Source: an uncultured Hyphomonadaceae bacterium (lineage in GTDB: Bacteria; Pseudomonadota; Alphaproteobacteria; Caulobacterales; Maricaulaceae). From it: 64,000 nucleotides of DNA. The translations under genes were made by a program, and so were the position numbers. The notes beneath the pieces were generated by a model. It ran no database searches. It worked only from the letters and a program-made list of their open reading frames with translations, and was not told where the DNA came from. The stretch covers positions 114,327 through 178,326 of the forward strand of contig CAXATH010000005.1 of assembly GCA_963972195.1 (NCBI GenBank), given 5' to 3'. Within the stretch, counting starts at the first letter, position 1. Each line of letters starts with the position of its first letter. Below, piece after piece: positions 60,077 through 64,000 of the stretch.

Positions 60077-61009
60077 ATGCTCAAATTTGATTATATCCGG
60101 CATTTCATCGCGACTGCTGAAACAGGGAGCATTAAAGACGCCGCCGAGAAAATCCGAATTTCTCCAACCTCTATTCGTCATTCGATAGAGAAATTGGAAA
60201 CGGGATTAAATGCGACGCTTTTCGTGAGACGCCCCTCCGAAGGCGTTTCGCTGACTAATGACGGCTACCGCCTGCTTGAGCGGACAACACATTTAATAAG
60301 CGATGTCGAAGATATTGAATCGCTTTTCATCACGTCGAAGAGAAAGCTCCGGGGCAATCTCATTATCGGCTGCCAGGAGGGACTGACTTGGTCTCTCGTT
60401 CCGCGCGCCATCGAGTTGATGAACCAGGCGCACCCCGATGTGAATATTTCGGTTAAAACGGTCTGGATGGAAACGCAGTTTGAAACGCTTGAAAAGGCTG
60501 AGGTCGACGTGCTCCTGACCTTCACTTTGGAGGAAGTCAAAGACAAGAGATATCAGGCAAATGTGCTCTGCCGCCCGCAAGCCTGCGCCATGATGCGTAA
60601 AGGTCACGACCTTGATAATGGAAAGCCTGTGAAGCTCTCTGACCTCGCTAATTATCCTCACATCTTCATTCAGGACGGTCCGGCGATGACCTTGTTTTCA
60701 GGTATGTATCAAAAAGTGGATCTGGAGCCCGTGATATATATGTATAGTAATATCAGCACCGGTGCTCAGTCCGTTGTTGGCCGGACGGACGCTATCTCCT
60801 TACGCATTCTTCGCCCCGCCATTGGGCTCACGCCCTTGGGAGACGGGATGGTCGTGCCGATGATAAAAGATAAAGTTCAAAAGCCCTGGCTTGTCGCCAT
60901 GACGAACAAGATAAAGCGCCCTTTAGCCCTCGATAAAAGAACCGAGTTTATCAGAATCTGCCACGAGCTGTTCGATGGCGGCCAGATGAAAAAGCATATT
61001 TATTATTAG
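60077..61009 (+). CDS. LysR-family transcriptional regulator
   Basis: 'FIATAETGSIKDAAE...LETGLNATLFVR'; divergent from the receptor gene. Confidence 0.88.
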   Translation: MLKFDYIRHFIATAETGSIKDAAEKIRISPTSIRHSIEKLETGLNATLFVRRPSEGVSLTNDGYRLLERTTHLISDVEDIESLFITSKRKLRGNLIIGCQEGLTWSLVPRAIELMNQAHPDVNISVKTVWMETQFETLEKAEVDVLLTFTLEEVKDKRYQANVLCRPQACAMMRKGHDLDNGKPVKLSDLANYPHIFIQDGPAMTLFSGMYQKVDLEPVIYMYSNISTGAQSVVGRTDAISLRILRPAIGLTPLGDGMVVPMIKDKVQKPWLVAMTNKIKRPLALDKRTEFIRICHELFDGGQMKKHIYY

Positions 61010-61043
61010 TTCATTGCCCAAAGAGGGGTTTAAAGAGAACCTT

Positions 61044-62075
61044 TTACGGCTCTTTCAGATAACTTTGAAGCGCGGCGATAAATGCCTCATAATCCTCTAA
61101 ATGCGGGAGATGACCAATGCCCGGAAACTCCACCAGTTTCGAGTTTGGAATTCGCGCTGCCGCCTGTTTGCCGAGGCGGTCATAACGGCCAAGTTCCTGA
61201 CGATCCGTCTCGCTCACCAAATCCTTATTCAGGGCCGAGCGATCGCGTGTGCCAATCAATAAGAGTGTTGGCATCTCAAGTTTATCCAAATCCTGCACCA
61301 CGGGTTGGGTGTAGATCATATCATATTGCAGAGCACTGATGCGGGCGAGGCGAGGGTAGTCCAGACTCTGAAGCGGCGCGGAAAAGACGTCTAGGCTTCG
61401 GTCAAATTTCTCTGACCATTTCCCGTCATAATAGCTCTCGCGCATATAGGATTTCATCTTGTCCCGCGTCATATCGAGATTGCGCGCTTCCCACTCTTCC
61501 ACGGTGCGGTAGGGTGTGAGCGCTTGGTAATCCTCAAGTCCCAGCGGGTTAAGCAATATGAGCGTCTCTACGCGCTCCGGATAGCTTAGCGCCATTCGGG
61601 TTGCCAAAACGCCGCCTGTTGAATGGCCCAGAATCGTGGCCGTTTCGACCTCCAGATGATCCAATAATTCCAAAGTTTGCGAGCCGAGGCGCTGGAAACT
61701 AAACGGCCCCATCGGCTTGCTGCTTTTGCCCCACCCAATATGATCCGGGATGATGACATGGTGGCCCGACGCGGCAAGGTCGCGCGCTGTCTGGCCCCAA
61801 TAATCACCTGTGAAGTTTTTACCGTGCAAGAGAACAATTGTACGCCCGCTGGCTTCTGCGGTGGGGGCGACGTCCTGATATGACAGGACGAGCGGCCTCC
61901 CCGCATCATCTGTCGCGTCCAGTTCCAAACTCTGGCTCGGATAGGGATAGTCAATAGATTCCAGATTTATTCCGCTGACAGGGGAAGTGGATGTCTCCTG
62001 AGCCGCTGCTGTCGTGCAAAGAGCGGGCGCTAAGAATAGGGTCCCGGCAAATATAATAGATTTGAATGAGGTCAT
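61044..62075 (-). CDS. Exported alpha/beta hydrolase
   Basis: Signal peptide, 'LLHGKNF', nucleophile elbow 'GHSTGG', 'GHLPHLE'. Confidence 0.88.
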   Translation of the reverse strand: MTSFKSIIFAGTLFLAPALCTTAAAQETSTSPVSGINLESIDYPYPSQSLELDATDDAGRPLVLSYQDVAPTAEASGRTIVLLHGKNFTGDYWGQTARDLAASGHHVIIPDHIGWGKSSKPMGPFSFQRLGSQTLELLDHLEVETATILGHSTGGVLATRMALSYPERVETLILLNPLGLEDYQALTPYRTVEEWEARNLDMTRDKMKSYMRESYYDGKWSEKFDRSLDVFSAPLQSLDYPRLARISALQYDMIYTQPVVQDLDKLEMPTLLLIGTRDRSALNKDLVSETDRQELGRYDRLGKQAAARIPNSKLVEFPGIGHLPHLEDYEAFIAALQSYLKEP

Positions 62076-62174
62076 AATATTGGGTTCTCAAGGTTTAGAC
62101 GGCGGAAGAAATTAATCTTTCACAAATTGCAAAGCCTCGCGTCTTTATTTGTTCCCTCCGACCGACAGGGGTAT

Positions 62175-63965
62175 CTAGATTGTTTCCGTCCACTTCCGGC
62201 TCAGCAAGGCAGCGGAATTAATTATGCCGACCATGCAGTAGGTTTGCGGGAAATTGCCCCAAAGTTCGCCGGTCTCTGTGTCGACATCCTCGGAGAGAAG
62301 ACCGAGATGGTTGCGAGTGGAAAGAATGTTTTCGAACAGGCGGCGGGCTTCGTCCTTGCGGCCAATGCGCGAGAGTGCGTCGATATACCAGAAGGTACAG
62401 GCGGTGAAGGCGGTCTCGGGCCGACCAAAGTCATCCTCGACTTTATAGCGATAAATGTGATCGCCTTCGCGGAGTTCGGCCTCGATGGCTTCGACCGTGC
62501 CGACATATCGAGGATCTTGCGCAGAGATAAATCCGATTTCCGCCATGAGCAGGACAGAAGCGTCGAGTGCTTCCCCGCCGAAGGCGGCGGTGAAGGCGTT
62601 GCGCTCTTCATTCCAGGCTTCGGCGAGGATTTTCTGATGGATGAGACCCGCACGTTCTTCCCAATAAGTTTCGCGGTCAGTCTGCCCCAGATGCGCGGCG
62701 ATTCGGGAAAGGCGGTCACACGCCGCCCAGCACATGATCGCCGAAGAGGTGTGCACTTGGGCGATGGTCCGAAACTCCCAGATACCCGCATCGGGCTGAT
62801 CGTGCATGGCATAGGCGCGTTCGCCCACCGGCTCGAGTGCTTTGAACTCGGCGAGGCCGGGATTATTTAAGAGGCGTTTGTCGAAAAAGCTTTGCGCGAC
62901 GCCGAGCACAATTTGGCCGTATACGTCATGCTGAATGTGTTCTGCTGCCTGATTCCCAACGCGCACCGGGCCCATATTGCCATAGCCGGGCAAAGCCTCG
63001 GCAATGGTCTCGGTGAGGTTTTCTTCCAAGCTAATGCCGTAAACGGGCTGGATATGGCCCCCCTTGGAATGTGAGACGATATTTCTCACCCAGCGCATAT
63101 AATGCTCGAGCGTTTCCATCTCGGATAAGCGGTTCAGGGCTGTTACCGAGAAATAGGCGTCTCGAATCCAGCAATAACGGTAGTCCCAATTTCGCTGGGA
63201 CCCGGAGTGTTCCGGGATAGAGGTTGTCAGCGCGGCAACAATGCCGCCCGTTTCCTCAAACACGCAGAGTTTAAGCGTAATGGCAGCGCGGATAACGGCG
63301 TCTTGCCATTCAATCGGGATAGCTAGGCTGCGCGACCAGCGATACCAGTAGCTCGCCGTGCGGCGGTACCAATCATCTGCCAGAGCATGGACGCTATCGG
63401 CCAGAGCTTCGTCGGCGTTGAGGATAAAGGTTACATCATTGTCGAGCAGAAACTGGGTTCCGTTCATGACATAAGAAACGGGGGCGTCTGTGGTAATACG
63501 AAAACGGGTGTCTTCGGATTCATAACGGATATGATTGACCCCGCGCTTGGGTTTAATCTTTGTTTTCCCCCATTCAGCTTCGACAGATAAAGTGATTGCA
63601 ATTTTAGGCTCACCCGCAATGACATGAAACTGCCGCACGACGGCGGCGGGACGGAAGGTGCGTCCGTTTTTGTCAAAGCGAGGCGAAAAATCGACAATTT
63701 CCAATATGCTGCCGTCTTTCGCTTCTAGGCGGGTACGGAGAATTGCCGTGTTTTTCTCGTAACTCTGGCTGTGTTTTTCCAGCCCCTCCATCCAGACGCC
63801 GAACGTGCCGCCGCCATTCATGAGGCTGTTAAAGACGGGCTCTCCGTCCAGACGCGGGAGGCAAAGCCAGCGGTAAGCTCCGCGTCTGTCTATCAGTCCG
63901 GCGACCGTGCCATTGCCGACAATACCCAGATCCAAACCTTGTTCTGTTTTACTTTTCTGCGTCAT
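62175..63965 (-). CDS. Glycoside hydrolase family 15 (trehalase/glucoamylase-like)
   Basis: 'AALTTSIPE', 'RNWDYRYCWIRDAY', 'QHDVYGQ', 'GIWEFR', 'WGNFPQ'. Confidence 0.92.
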   Translation of the reverse strand: MTQKSKTEQGLDLGIVGNGTVAGLIDRRGAYRWLCLPRLDGEPVFNSLMNGGGTFGVWMEGLEKHSQSYEKNTAILRTRLEAKDGSILEIVDFSPRFDKNGRTFRPAAVVRQFHVIAGEPKIAITLSVEAEWGKTKIKPKRGVNHIRYESEDTRFRITTDAPVSYVMNGTQFLLDNDVTFILNADEALADSVHALADDWYRRTASYWYRWSRSLAIPIEWQDAVIRAAITLKLCVFEETGGIVAALTTSIPEHSGSQRNWDYRYCWIRDAYFSVTALNRLSEMETLEHYMRWVRNIVSHSKGGHIQPVYGISLEENLTETIAEALPGYGNMGPVRVGNQAAEHIQHDVYGQIVLGVAQSFFDKRLLNNPGLAEFKALEPVGERAYAMHDQPDAGIWEFRTIAQVHTSSAIMCWAACDRLSRIAAHLGQTDRETYWEERAGLIHQKILAEAWNEERNAFTAAFGGEALDASVLLMAEIGFISAQDPRYVGTVEAIEAELREGDHIYRYKVEDDFGRPETAFTACTFWYIDALSRIGRKDEARRLFENILSTRNHLGLLSEDVDTETGELWGNFPQTYCMVGIINSAALLSRKWTETI

Positions 63966-64000
63966 GAAACTCTTTCAAATATGTATGGACGGCGGCCACA

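Overview
A 64-kb chromosomal segment of a Caulobacterales-type alphaproteobacterium (Hyphomonadaceae/Robiginitomaculaceae-like; inferred from gene content and order). Most of it is housekeeping or envelope genes: ispG, rodZ, yidD-thrS, glycosyltransferases, chorismate mutase-tyrA, ftsEX, lysA, argH, groESL, carbonic anhydrase-SulP, two TonB receptors and a GH15. Three accessory insertions interrupt it. (1) About 8.5-11.7 kb: an AT-rich DUF262(GmrSD-N)+HEPN pair, CGTC-type REP palindromes and a GIY-YIG nuclease. (2) About 39.1-44.5 kb: a repeat-rich block with a DpnA-like adenine methyltransferase back-to-back with a DpnI-like methyl-dependent nuclease, plus an XRE/ImmA pair. (3) 47.4-51.3 kb: a type IIG restriction-modification fusion. 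The most striking unexplained signal is a ~260-nt non-coding element present in two diverged, oppositely oriented copies (10792-11050 + and 39740-40000 -). Its hairpins are preserved by compensatory changes and include a predicted loop-loop kissing interaction. Each copy is followed by a near-identical 70-bp module and a REP, lies next to defence genes, and has no transposase or reverse transcriptase nearby. No rRNA, tRNA or CRISPR array was seen. All family assignments come from motif recognition by eye, not database searches.
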